Origin: an uncultured Erysipelotrichaceae bacterium | Lineage (GTDB): Bacteria > Bacillota_I > Bacilli_A > Erysipelotrichales > Erysipelotrichaceae | Direction: 5' to 3' | Assembly: GCA_964615295.1 (NCBI GenBank) | Contig: CAZTNF010000001.1 | Coordinates: 16,983 to 80,982, forward strand | DNA length: 64,000 nt | Shown here: positions 18,802 to 28,816 of the stretch, piece after piece | Position numbering within the stretch: position 1 is the stretch's first letter | Layout: each line of letters opens with the position of its first letter | The notes under the pieces: model-generated | What the model was told of the DNA's origin: nothing | Seen by the model: the letters and a program-made list of their open reading frames with translations, nothing else | Database searches by the model: none | Position numbers and translations under genes: made by a program

Positions 18802-20301
18802 ATGAATTCTACACAATATATTCTGGCGATTGACCATGGAACCACTTCAACGCGAGCTATTCTCTTTGACCATAGGTTTCAAATTCAAGCGATTGCTCAA
18901 AAGGAAGGGCGCCTTGAATACCCTGCTCCTGGATGGGTAGAACAAGATGCTATGGCGATTTGGCTCGATACGATGTCTGTTTTAGCGGATATCATCAATC
19001 AAGCTGATATTTCCCTAGATCAAGTGCGAGGAATCGGGATTTCCAATCAGCGCGAAACCACCGTATTATGGGATCGACATACCGGATTACCCATTTATAA
19101 GGCGATTGTTTGGCAATCGCGACAAAGCACGGACATTTGCGATCAATGGAAAGCGGAGGGACTTGAACCACTCGTTCACGAAAAAACAGGCTTACGCATT
19201 GATCCTTATTTTTCGGCTTCTAAAATTGCGTGGATTTTAGATAATGTTCCTCACGCACGCGAGAAAGCCGAACGGGGTGATCTTTTATTTGGTACTATGG
19301 ATAGCTGGCTTGTTTGGAAATTAACAGGAGGAGAACGACACATTACCGATGCTTCAAATGCTTCCCGAACTCTCTTGTGCAACATCAAAACGGTAAAATG
19401 GGATGATGAACTCTTAGAAGCGATGAATATTCCAAAGGCTATTTTGCCTCAAATTGTTTCTAGCTCGGAAATTTATGGCAATACTATTCCGTATGCTTTT
19501 TTTGGAGGGGAAGTGCCCATTGCCTCGATGATTGGCGATCAACAAGCAGCTCTGTTTGGTCAATTGTGCTTGGAAAAAGGAATGGCTAAAAACACCTATG
19601 GTACAGGTGGATTTCTTTTAATGAATACGGGAAATGAGATCGTTCACTCAAAACAGGGCTTACTTTCTACCATCGCTTGGAAAATCGGAGATGAGGTTAC
19701 CTATGCTTTAGAGGGATCCATTTTTGTCTCTGGTTCCTTGTTGAAATGGATGCGTGACGAGCTTCATATTATTGATCATGTCGCTCATACCGCCACTATG
19801 GCCAATCGAGCGGGAACGAGTGGTGGAGTCTATATTGTTCCTGCGTTTGTTGGACTAGGGGCTCCCTATTGGGATCCAAAAGCGAAAGCTTCCATTGTCG
19901 GGTTATCTTTTGGAACAGGAAACGATCAACTGGTTCGCGCCGCTTTAGAAAGTATGGCTTTTCAAGCGCATGACGTATTGGAAGCTATGCAAGCAGATGC
20001 CAATACCCCGATTCAAGTATTGAAAGTGGATGGAGGCGCAGCTGCCAATGACTTTTTATTGCAATTTCAAGCTGATTTGTGTCGTAAAGAAGTGGATCGC
20101 TTTAAAACTAACGAATTAACGGCGCTTGGAGCGGCCTTTTTAGCGGGATTGGCCACTGGTTTTTGGAAAAAAGAAGACTTAAAGCTCGAACTCGAGCGGG
20201 CTTTTCTTCCTCTTCGAACTGAAAAAGATATGGAAAAAGCCTATAAAGGGTGGAAAAAAGCGGTAAAGGCTTGTCAAGCTTTTGAAAAGCAAGATGAGTA
20301 A
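18802..20301 (+). CDS. glpK: Glycerol kinase
   Basis: IDHGTTSTRA, GWVEQD, NQRETT, KNTYGTG, VDGGA motifs; homologous start at 18802; upstream in-frame extension (18691/18769) is IscB-derived. Confidence 0.95.
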   Translation: MNSTQYILAIDHGTTSTRAILFDHRFQIQAIAQKEGRLEYPAPGWVEQDAMAIWLDTMSVLADIINQADISLDQVRGIGISNQRETTVLWDRHTGLPIYKAIVWQSRQSTDICDQWKAEGLEPLVHEKTGLRIDPYFSASKIAWILDNVPHAREKAERGDLLFGTMDSWLVWKLTGGERHITDASNASRTLLCNIKTVKWDDELLEAMNIPKAILPQIVSSSEIYGNTIPYAFFGGEVPIASMIGDQQAALFGQLCLEKGMAKNTYGTGGFLLMNTGNEIVHSKQGLLSTIAWKIGDEVTYALEGSIFVSGSLLKWMRDELHIIDHVAHTATMANRAGTSGGVYIVPAFVGLGAPYWDPKAKASIVGLSFGTGNDQLVRAALESMAFQAHDVLEAMQADANTPIQVLKVDGGAAANDFLLQFQADLCRKEVDRFKTNELTALGAAFLAGLATGFWKKEDLKLELERAFLPLRTEKDMEKAYKGWKKAVKACQAFEKQDE

Positions 20302-20358
20302 TGTCTTTTTTCATGGGTTTTCCTCATGAATCTAAATTTACCTATTTTTTAGGAAACC

Positions 20359-20399
20359 GAAGGATATTGTCTTCTCTAGTAGGGGGATATCCTTCTTTT
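20359..20399 (+). terminator. Probable terminator after glpK
   Basis: GAAGGATAT...ATATCCTTC stem followed by TTTT. Confidence 0.6.
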
Positions 20400-20813
20400 C
20401 GTTTCTTTAGATCTTTATTTCCCTCTATTATCCATAAAATAAAAGTTAATTTAGAGATGAAATGGGTCTTTAAACAAGAAAAATAGACAAAATTTTAAAA
20501 ATACCCAATAACAGTTGTGGCAAAAATAACCGGATTTGCTTTTCAAGTCTTGAAAAGTCACACAACTAAAGAATATAAATTTTGAGAATTGATAAAGATG
20601 AGAGTGTAAATGACTTCCCACCATGTTTCTCAAGTTCTATTGCATTAATAAATTCTTTTAAGTCATAACTTGATTTCTATTTCTTCCAAGTGCTTTGTGA
20701 CTTGGAGGAGTATGCTACAATTTTACAAGTAAATTTTTAGGGGAAAATTTAGGGGATAGGTATTAAAACGATAAAATCTTATCAATTAAAGAATGGAGAT
20801 AGTGGAGGAAACT

Positions 20814-22646
20814 ATGGGATCCAAAAACAAACAAACGCTGAACATCCTTTCCGTGTTCTCTTTGGTCGTTTTGGCCATTTTAATTGTCTGTATGGGCTAT
20901 TTGATCTGGCAGGCGTTATCAATTGAAATTTTTTCTACTATCCAACTCGTTTTAGGCATTGGGATTTTAGCTTTGATTCTTGTCCTTTTTATGTGTCTAT
21001 TATTAAAAAAATTTACTCATGCTTGGGCTAAACTTATCATTCTAGCTTTAAGTCTAGCTGTAGCGTTTGTTTGTGGCTTTGGAGGCTACTATTTACAACA
21101 AACTAGTGAATTTTTTAGCACAGTAGCTGGAGGCTCAGATGCGTCTAATCAATCAAACGATGAAACAAAAGAGATCATCAGCGATGCTGATTTGTTATCC
21201 AATAAAATAGCGATGTCCGTTACGACCTACGCTATGCAGGAAACGGGCATTGAGAAGTCAAGTCAATTGAATGGAAAAGATGTTGGTGTTATTACCGCTG
21301 CCGATGAAAGAGGAACAACCGGAGCTCTTGATCAATTGTCCTCTAAAGGTGTTCGGACAGCGAACTATGTGGAATATGAAAATGCCTTCGTTTTGGTGGA
21401 TGCTCTTTTTGATGGAGAAGTGGATGCCATTGTCTTACCCGAACAATTTCATGAAGATTTATTAAATGCTGCCAATGATATCAACAAATACAATGCTTTA
21501 ACCACCTTTACAAATGTTGTAGATCAATATATCTACTATGAACCAGTTCCTGAGGAAATGAAAAATCCTGCGGATCCAGTGGACGATATCACTCAAGATC
21601 CCTTTACTATTTTAATTTCTGGTTCAGATAGTTATGGAAACTTATCCGTAACCTCAAGATCCGATGTCAATATGCTCGTTACGGTCAATCCAAAAACGTA
21701 TCAAGTTCTTATCGTCTCTTTACCTCGGGACTCCTACATTCCCTTTTCTTGTAAGAAAAATGAATATGCGTGTATCAATATATCTGGAATGTATGACAAA
21801 CTAACTCATTCGGGGTTATATGGAGTAGGAACAACCGAATCGACGATTGAAGACTTCTTAGAGGTGGAGATCAATTATACCGTACGCGTTAATTTTTCCT
21901 CCCTCATCAATATTGTCGATTCGATTAATGGCATTGATGTTGAAGTGGAACCAGGTTTAGAAGTAGAAACTTTTTATGCTAATGGAACAGAAGGCGTAAA
22001 AGCAGGATGGAATCATCTCAATGGAGAACGAGCTTTGGCCTTTGCCCGTGAGCGCCATGCTTACTTAAATGGAGATAATCAGCGAATCATTAACCAACAG
22101 CTTGTCTTAAAAGCTTTATTGAAAAAGATGATGTCTCCTACAATGGTGGTTAACTATCCTAAGTTTATTAAGGCTTTATCCACGGCTTTCTTTACCAACA
22201 TGCCCGCGAATCAAATTAAAGAACTCATTGGACTAGAAGTAGCAAGTTTTCCAAGCTGGGATATTCAAATGTATGCAGTGAGTGGGGATGCTTCAAGTCA
22301 ATATTGTCCTTCTCTTAATGCCATAGCTTCTGTGGTTCTTGACAATCCTTATGAAGTGGCAACCGCTCAAGAACTCATTGAAGCTGTCTTAGAGGGAGAG
22401 CCCTTCACGGCTGAAGAAGATGAAGAATCGAGCCAAAGTGGGTCTAAAGCCATTTCAAACTCCCAAATCAAATCGTCTCGTCGTCGCTCTACTACAAGTA
22501 CTTATAGTGAAGATCAAGAAGATTTTTCGAATGGATATCCTTACGTGGATCCATATGGATATCGAGAGCCACAGGACTTAGAAGACTTTGATTTCAACTA
22601 TGGATATGACGATGAAAATGATATTTTTATTCCTATGGAAGATTAG
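20814..22646 (+). CDS. LCP (LytR-CpsA-Psr) family protein, CpsA-like
   Basis: Three N-terminal TM segments; SRSDVNMLVTVNP, SLPRDSY, ALAFARER, GDNQR motifs; GGAGG RBS before 20814 (ORF track 20793). Confidence 0.92.
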   Translation: MGSKNKQTLNILSVFSLVVLAILIVCMGYLIWQALSIEIFSTIQLVLGIGILALILVLFMCLLLKKFTHAWAKLIILALSLAVAFVCGFGGYYLQQTSEFFSTVAGGSDASNQSNDETKEIISDADLLSNKIAMSVTTYAMQETGIEKSSQLNGKDVGVITAADERGTTGALDQLSSKGVRTANYVEYENAFVLVDALFDGEVDAIVLPEQFHEDLLNAANDINKYNALTTFTNVVDQYIYYEPVPEEMKNPADPVDDITQDPFTILISGSDSYGNLSVTSRSDVNMLVTVNPKTYQVLIVSLPRDSYIPFSCKKNEYACINISGMYDKLTHSGLYGVGTTESTIEDFLEVEINYTVRVNFSSLINIVDSINGIDVEVEPGLEVETFYANGTEGVKAGWNHLNGERALAFARERHAYLNGDNQRIINQQLVLKALLKKMMSPTMVVNYPKFIKALSTAFFTNMPANQIKELIGLEVASFPSWDIQMYAVSGDASSQYCPSLNAIASVVLDNPYEVATAQELIEAVLEGEPFTAEEDEESSQSGSKAISNSQIKSSRRRSTTSTYSEDQEDFSNGYPYVDPYGYREPQDLEDFDFNYGYDDENDIFIPMED

Positions 22647-22670
22647 ATAGATCTTTTCTAAGAAAAGCTA

Positions 22671-22700
22671 AAAAAAGAGCGCCGTGATTGCGGCGCTTTT
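22671..22700. terminator. Bidirectional terminator
   Basis: A-tract, AGCGCCG-tgattg-CGGCGCT, T-tract, between convergent genes. Confidence 0.8.
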
Positions 22701-22710
22701 ATTTTGTTTT

Positions 22711-23445
22711 TTAATTCTTAAGGTATTGATGAATAAGTTGAACATAAAACATATTGCCATAGTCATAACGCCATCCACCATTTTCACGAATGGCAATAGG
22801 ATTTGGATAAGAAACAACGCGACCACTTGAATAAATTTGAGAAAACTCTTCAGCTAAAGCAGGCGTATATTGCCCACCATTGGCCGCTACGAAATCCAAA
22901 AATCCGCTTCCGTAATTATAAGCTTGAAATACGGAATCTTGATCGACTCCTAATCGCTCTGCTTTATCAAGCAACTCTTTGTAATATTTAACCCCCTGCT
23001 CGATGGAGTCATAAACTCCTAAACTATTTGGAGGTAAGCCTAATGATTCGCTCGATTGAAAGACATCTTCCGATTGTCCATTGGATTCAACAGCGACTAT
23101 GGCTTCTAGTTCATTGAGATGATTGGAGATTCCATATTTTGTAGCAGTATGCGCAATTAGAGAAGTCAATTCACTTTGGGTTAATTCATGATAGGATTGA
23201 GAATTAGATTTCAATGCAATTAAAAACGAACAAAAAAGAGAAAACACCAACAATAGGCCAAGCAAGAAAATGGAGAACTTGGAAGGCTTATGAAGTTGTT
23301 TCTTTTTGTTTTTAGTTTGCGCCGCTTTTCTCTTTTTAGACCCTTTTTTAGAAGCATAAGAATTGGGGGATGCTTGCGACACGAAGTTCTCCTTTCTGTA
23401 GGGATTTTTTCCCCTTTGGTTCAATGTTTTATTATCGGACAACAT
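22711..23445 (-). CDS. Membrane-anchored lysozyme-like (CwlT/PvaA-type) cell wall hydrolase
   Basis: Basic N-terminus plus TM; VESNG, DVFQSSES, QAYNYGSGF, YGNMFY motifs. Confidence 0.85.
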   Translation of the reverse strand: MLSDNKTLNQRGKNPYRKENFVSQASPNSYASKKGSKKRKAAQTKNKKKQLHKPSKFSIFLLGLLLVFSLFCSFLIALKSNSQSYHELTQSELTSLIAHTATKYGISNHLNELEAIVAVESNGQSEDVFQSSESLGLPPNSLGVYDSIEQGVKYYKELLDKAERLGVDQDSVFQAYNYGSGFLDFVAANGGQYTPALAEEFSQIYSSGRVVSYPNPIAIRENGGWRYDYGNMFYVQLIHQYLKN

Positions 23446-23677
23446 TGTAGGAGAAATTTCATCAAAAATCAGTTAAATACTTAAATGTAAGGAATCTTCT
23501 TTTTGGTGTCTAGAAATTTCCTCTCTTTTTGGGTTTAGCTATAGTTTTATCTCTTAATTGAAACGTAGCTATTTAAAAAAGAGCGTTTCAATATCTTTTT
23601 TATTTCCTTTGAGTTTATTTTAGAGTATTAAAATTAGCAAATGATACCATTAGTAAGTAATGAAAGGAATGTGGCCG

Positions 23678-23860
23678 ATGAAAAAAATAGACCAAAAAAA
23701 AGCAGGCTGGCTCACTTTACTTTTTCTTTTTTTAGGAACCGCCTTCTCTATTGCAGCAATGTTTCGTGGAAGCATCGCTTGGTTACTTTGTTCTGCTGTT
23801 AGTTTGGTGGCCGGCTTAGGTTGCTTGAAAGTGTATTTTTCAGGTCAAAATTTTTCTTAG
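23678..23860 (+). CDS. Small two-TM hypothetical protein
   Basis: GAAAGGA RBS; MKK start; two hydrophobic helices (ORF track 23660). Confidence 0.55.
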   Translation: MKKIDQKKAGWLTLLFLFLGTAFSIAAMFRGSIAWLLCSAVSLVAGLGCLKVYFSGQNFS

Positions 23861-23877
23861 GTTCACCGCAAATTAAT

Positions 23878-25200
23878 ATGAAGCTATTTCGCAAGTATAA
23901 AACTCTCTGGATGGCTGGTATTATTATTGTCATCGCAATTTTGTTTATTATCAATTTTTCCGAAGTAGTTAGTGGTTTTAATTTTTTGTTGCGGGCTGTC
24001 TCCTCATTGCTTGGAGGAGCTGCTTTAGCCTTTATCCTTAATTTAATTATGGATCCCGTCGAAAGAGCCCTCCGAAAGTCAAGTAAACCATTTCTAGTGA
24101 AAAATGCGCGTACCTTGGCTTTGACCGCCTCTTTTCTTGTAGCTTTACTTATAATTATGTTGGTTTTATCCATTGTGATTCCCAATATGATTAATGCGAT
24201 TAAGATGCTGACCCTTGAAGCCCCTAGTTATTTTAATACCCTAGATACCTTCTTTCACGGAATCTTAAAACGCTATCCCTATTTGGAAGAAGCCTTTAAA
24301 AATGTTCGGATCGATTGGTCACAAACCACAGATACGATCCTTAACTTTATTACCAAAGGGTCTCTTCAAACAAGTGTCATGAGCAATACAATGAACATTG
24401 TCTCCTCTCTTGTGGGAGGAGTGGTCAATTTATTCTTAATCATTGTCTTTGCTTCTTATGTTCTTTCTGATAAAGAGCGTTTCGTTAAAGGCTATTACAC
24501 ACTCACCGATTTGTTTATTCCCCCAGAACGTCGTGTTCATTTAACCCGCAACTTGCGGATCATTAATCAATCGTTTAAAGCTTTTATTATGGGTGAAATA
24601 CTTGAAGCGTGTATTTTGTCCACGATGTGTATTATTGGGATGTTAATTTTACGGTTGCCTTATGCCACTATGATCGGAATTTTAGTTGGAGTCATTAACA
24701 TGATTCCTATGGTAGGGGCCTTTATTGGAGGTGGAATTGGTGCTTTCATCATTTTTACCGTTTCCCCTTCCAAGTGCTTAATTTTTTTGATCTTCCTTTG
24801 CATCATTCAACAAATTGAATCCAATATTTTCTTTCCGAGAGTGGTCGGAAATAAAGTTGGCCTTCCAGGAATTTTCGTTATGATGACGATCGTCATTGGG
24901 GGCTCCCTTTTTGGAGTATTGGGTATGATTTTAGGTGTCCCGCTTGTAGCTTCTCTCTACAAAATTTTTAATGATTATCTAGCCGAGGTACTCGCTCAAC
25001 GGGAAGCTAAAAGAACCCATTTAGATGTTCAGCATCAAACATCGTCTTCCTCTAAAGTGATTTTTCCAACCACTACTCCAAATACTCCCGCAAAGATTAC
25101 GATGGAAGGGCCAATTATCCCCCAAAGTTCTTATAAAGAGACGGAAGACATAGAAGATGAGTCGCAGGCACTTTTAAAGCTCATCCATGGTGATCATTAA
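23878..25200 (+). CDS. AI-2E family transporter
   Basis: NMIPMVGAFIG, QQIESNIFFPRVVG, GMILGVP motifs (ORF track 23821). Confidence 0.9.
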   Translation: MKLFRKYKTLWMAGIIIVIAILFIINFSEVVSGFNFLLRAVSSLLGGAALAFILNLIMDPVERALRKSSKPFLVKNARTLALTASFLVALLIIMLVLSIVIPNMINAIKMLTLEAPSYFNTLDTFFHGILKRYPYLEEAFKNVRIDWSQTTDTILNFITKGSLQTSVMSNTMNIVSSLVGGVVNLFLIIVFASYVLSDKERFVKGYYTLTDLFIPPERRVHLTRNLRIINQSFKAFIMGEILEACILSTMCIIGMLILRLPYATMIGILVGVINMIPMVGAFIGGGIGAFIIFTVSPSKCLIFLIFLCIIQQIESNIFFPRVVGNKVGLPGIFVMMTIVIGGSLFGVLGMILGVPLVASLYKIFNDYLAEVLAQREAKRTHLDVQHQTSSSSKVIFPTTTPNTPAKITMEGPIIPQSSYKETEDIEDESQALLKLIHGDH

Positions 25201-25310
25201 ACCAAAAAAGATTTAAAAATTCTAAAAAGTGAACAGAGATTGAGCCGGGCAAAAAAAATGCCTCGGCTTTTTCTTTTGGTTACACTAAAACCGAAAAGAG
25301 GTAATCCAAT

Positions 25311-25637
25311 ATGTCTATTCGTCAAATTGAATCCGTTGAAATGTTTAAACAACTCGTGGCGCAAGAGCCAGCTGTTCTTATTGACTTTTTCGCTACTTGG
25401 TGTGGGCCTTGTAAAATGTTACATCCCGTTTTAGAAAGTGCTGCTACTAAATTAGACGGAAAAGTCGTAATTGCTCAAGTCGATATTGATAAAGAACAAG
25501 CTTTAGCCGGAGCCTTTAACGTTCAATCCGTTCCCACTTTGGTTTTCTTCAAAGAAGGAAAACCTGTCTTAGCTACCGCGGGATATATGGATGAAAAAGC
25601 ACTTATGAGCTTTATTGAAGCTGCTCAAGCAAAATAG
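25311..25637 (+). CDS. trxA: Thioredoxin
   Basis: DFFATWCGPCK, SVPT; 108 aa. Confidence 0.93.
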   Translation: MSIRQIESVEMFKQLVAQEPAVLIDFFATWCGPCKMLHPVLESAATKLDGKVVIAQVDIDKEQALAGAFNVQSVPTLVFFKEGKPVLATAGYMDEKALMSFIEAAQAK

Positions 25638-25660
25638 GTTTTATTTCTTCCACCTTCTTC

Positions 25661-25693
25661 GATCACTGAGAATTTTCTCAGTGGTCTTTTTTT
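25661..25693 (+). terminator. Intrinsic terminator
   Basis: GATCACTGAGAA/TTCTCAGTGGTC hairpin plus T-tract. Confidence 0.8.
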
Positions 25694-25713
25694 ATGGGGA
25701 ACTATAACTTCTT

Positions 25714-25727
25714 TGAAAACGTTTTCT
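25714..25727. promoter_or_regulatory. cre-like (CcpA/LacI) palindrome upstream of acyl-CoA dehydrogenase fusion
   Basis: TGAAAACGTTTTCT. Confidence 0.45.
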
Positions 25728-25952
25728 TTATTGAAATAAAGCGATAAAATAAGATCAAAGCTCTCTTTATTTTTCTATTTTAAAAAATCCTAGTTTTATC
25801 CAATGCTTTAAGAAAATTTGTTTGAGCAGTTACCCCATTTTTATGGCTAGAACTATGGATAAAAAATAATCAAAAATGGAAAATAAAAACCCTCCCAAAC
25901 AAGTGATGGAAAGGAGAAGAAGGGATTATTACACATTCCCTTAATCATTTTT

Positions 25953-28241
25953 ATGAACTTTAAAGTGGATTCGAGACATGAAGAATTTCGAAATCGCGTT
26001 CGTCAATTAGCTGAAGAAAATATTCCTCAAATAGCGATGGAGCTGGATGAAAACAATGCCTTTCCCCATGATTTTGTCGCCAAGATGAAAGAGGCTGGCT
26101 TGATGGGACTTCCTTATGAGCAACAATATAACGGCGCAGGAGATGATGTCCTATCATACGCTATTGCTGTAGAAGAACTTTCTCGGGTCGATGGTGGAAT
26201 TGGAGTGATTCTTTCCGCTCACACCTCATTAGGAACCTATCCTATTGCGGCCTTTGGAAACGAAGAACAAAAAGAAAAATATCTCAAACCATTGGCTTCG
26301 GGAGAAAAACTTGGCGCTTTTGGTTTAACGGAAGAAAATGCGGGGTCCGATGCAGCTGGAACCCAAACCACTGCTGTATTGGAGGGAGATCACTACATTT
26401 TAAATGGCAAAAAGATTTTTATCACCAATGCCCCTATTGCTGATACATATGTCGTATTTGCCTCTACCAATCCCGAAAAAGGGACGCGAGGAATTTCAGC
26501 TCTGATTGTAGAAAAAGGCATGGAAGGCTTTAGCTTTTCCGATCATTACAATAAGCTTGGAATCCGCTCTTCTTCGACAGCGGAACTTCATTTTAAAAAT
26601 GTCAAAGTCCCTAAAGAAAACTTATTGGGATTAGAAGGTCAAGGCTTTAAAATCGCCATGTCTACTCTCGATGGAGGACGCATTGGTATTGCGGCTCAAG
26701 CTTTAGGAATCGCCCAAGGCGCTTATGAAGAAGCTCTAGAGTATGCAAAAGAGCGCGAACAATTTGGAGCTCCTATTGCTGTTAATCAAGGCATTTCCTT
26801 TAAGCTGGCAGAAATGGCTACAAAGTTAGAAGCCGCTCGTTTATTGGTCTACAAAGCGGCAGAAATGAAAGAAAATCATGAGCCATATTCCATGAATGCA
26901 GCCATGGCCAAGCTTTATGCTTCTGATATCGCTCTAGAAGTGTGCAATGATGCCTTACAAATCTTTGGTGGTAGTGGCTATTTAAAGGGGATGGGAGTCG
27001 AACGTCGTTATCGCGATGCGAAAATCACAACCATTTATGAAGGAACCAATGAAATTCAAAAGGTAGTCATTGCGAGTCATATTTTAGGAAAATTGAAGAA
27101 AGCCGCTAAAAAAGAGGCCAAAACACAAGTTGCTGAAAAAGCGCATAAGCAACAAATAATTGATGAGTTGACCTTAGCTAATTCGGTGAAAAAGCTGGCT
27201 TCTATTTTGAAAAATGAGATTGATCTTTCCCTACCAGAAGATCCCAATACTCCCATTTCAAGTGCTAAAAAAATCATCGGCATTGGACAAGGTGTAGAAA
27301 CCAAAGACAACGCCGAAAAAATCGCTATTATCGCCCAAAAACTTGGCTTTGTATTGGGTGGAAGTCGACCTGCGGCGGAAGTACATCACTTTATTGGGAT
27401 GGATCGCTTTATTGGCTTATCTGGTCAAAAAGCCAATCAGGCAGAATTATACATTGCAGCTGGCATCTCGGGATCCAAGCAACATTTAAAGGGTATTGAA
27501 AAAGTCAAAACAATTGTAGCGATTAATACAGATCCCAATGCTCCTATTTTTAAAGTAGCTGATTATGGAATTGTTGGCGATCTCAATGAGGTTTTACCGC
27601 TTTTGTATGAAGAACTCATGGGCCAAGAGGAGAAGACAAAGAATCTTGGATCCCTTTATCAATGTTCGCTTTGTGGCTATATTTATGATCCCGCTATTGG
27701 TGATCCCGAAAATGGTATTGCTCCAGGAACTCCTTTTGTTGATTTACCAGAAGATTGGATCTGCCCGTATTGCGGAGCATCTAAATCCGATTTTGAACCA
27801 CTTATCAATTCAGATATAGAGAAATTTGAAAAATCCACCACAGAGAGTAACCTCATCACCGAACTAGGTCCAATTTACAAATGTTCCCTCTGTGGATACA
27901 TTTATGATCCCGCTATTGGTGATCCCGAAAATGGCATTGCTCCAGGAACTCCGTTTGCTGATTTACCAGAAGATTGGAGGTGTCCGTATTGTGGAGCATC
28001 AAAATCCGATTTTGAACCCATTGCGCAAGAAATCGTCATTGAAGTTCAAAAGGAAACCACTTCACCAAAAGCGCATGGCGAAAAATATCAATGCATTTTG
28101 TGTGGGTACGTTTACGATCCGGCTCTTGGCGATCCCGAAAATGGTATTGCTCCAGGAACTCCTTTTATTGATTTACCAGAGAATTGGACGTGTCCATATT
28201 GTGGAGCTACTAAATCCGACTTTGAACCGATAAAAAATTAA
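25953..28241 (+). CDS. Acyl(butyryl)-CoA dehydrogenase fused to ETF-alpha C-terminal domain and three rubredoxins
   Basis: [20 protein letters not shown] (ACAD); [26 protein letters not shown] (ETF-alpha); three CxxC...CPxC rubredoxin domains. Confidence 0.92.
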   Translation: MNFKVDSRHEEFRNRVRQLAEENIPQIAMELDENNAFPHDFVAKMKEAGLMGLPYEQQYNGAGDDVLSYAIAVEELSRVDGGIGVILSAHTSLGTYPIAAFGNEEQKEKYLKPLASGEKLGAFGLTEENAGSDAAGTQTTAVLEGDHYILNGKKIFITNAPIADTYVVFASTNPEKGTRGISALIVEKGMEGFSFSDHYNKLGIRSSSTAELHFKNVKVPKENLLGLEGQGFKIAMSTLDGGRIGIAAQALGIAQGAYEEALEYAKEREQFGAPIAVNQGISFKLAEMATKLEAARLLVYKAAEMKENHEPYSMNAAMAKLYASDIALEVCNDALQIFGGSGYLKGMGVERRYRDAKITTIYEGTNEIQKVVIASHILGKLKKAAKKEAKTQVAEKAHKQQIIDELTLANSVKKLASILKNEIDLSLPEDPNTPISSAKKIIGIGQGVETKDNAEKIAIIAQKLGFVLGGSRPAAEVHHFIGMDRFIGLSGQKANQAELYIAAGISGSKQHLKGIEKVKTIVAINTDPNAPIFKVADYGIVGDLNEVLPLLYEELMGQEEKTKNLGSLYQCSLCGYIYDPAIGDPENGIAPGTPFVDLPEDWICPYCGASKSDFEPLINSDIEKFEKSTTESNLITELGPIYKCSLCGYIYDPAIGDPENGIAPGTPFADLPEDWRCPYCGASKSDFEPIAQEIVIEVQKETTSPKAHGEKYQCILCGYVYDPALGDPENGIAPGTPFIDLPENWTCPYCGATKSDFEPIKN
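27657..28229 (+). repeat. Three 144-bp rubredoxin-coding repeats
   Basis: 27657-27800, 27876-28019, 28086-28229, with long identical nucleotide runs (e.g. GATCCCGAAAATGG, TGCTCCAGGAACTCC, TGATTTACCAGA). Confidence 0.92.
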
Positions 28242-28412
28242 ATGGGAAAAGAGAGTGATAACGAAAATTCGTTTCACTCCTTTTTTCATTGAAAAGAAAA
28301 AGAGTAAAGGATTCACAAAGAAGTAAAAAGATCTAAGCTAAATAAAGCTTCTCAATTTCTTTTTCGTTTTCTTCTTTTTAGAATGAAAAAGTATCAAAGG
28401 AGGGATTCAGTT

Positions 28413-28739
28413 ATGGTTTATGAAATTAACAGTGTAGAAGATTTCGAGCAAACCATTCAAAATAATCCAGATGTATTAATGGAGTTTTATGCTTCATGGT
28501 GCCCTCATTGCAAGGCATTTGCGCCCGATTTAGCGCAAGCCAGCCACTTATTGGAAAGCAAACATGTAATAGTAGCTCGTACAGAAATTGATACTTTTGA
28601 AAACCTCGCCAATGAATACAATGTGGAATCGATTCCTACATTGACCTTCTTCAAAGACGGTAGCTTAGTAGCCGAATCCGCTGGACAACGCAGTGTTCAA
28701 GGTGTATTGGATTTTGTCAATCAAGCCATGAAAAACTAA
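28413..28739 (+). CDS. Thioredoxin family protein (WCPHC)
   Basis: EFYASWCPHCK, SIPT; GGAGG RBS before 28413 (ORF track 28383). Confidence 0.9.
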   Translation: MVYEINSVEDFEQTIQNNPDVLMEFYASWCPHCKAFAPDLAQASHLLESKHVIVARTEIDTFENLANEYNVESIPTLTFFKDGSLVAESAGQRSVQGVLDFVNQAMKN

Positions 28740-28742
28740 ACG

Positions 28743-28771
28743 AAAAAACTCGTGCTCAGCACGAGTTTTTT
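28743..28771 (+). terminator. Intrinsic terminator
   Basis: AAAAAACTCGTGCT-c-AGCACGAGTTTTTT inverted repeat. Confidence 0.85.
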
Positions 28772-28816
28772 ATTGACAAAATAAGAAAGCCAAAATGAAT
28801 TTTAAGATTTTAAATA

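Noticed and set aside
20301-20633. Short ORFs after glpK
   Set aside because: They cross the terminator, with no convincing RBS or motif
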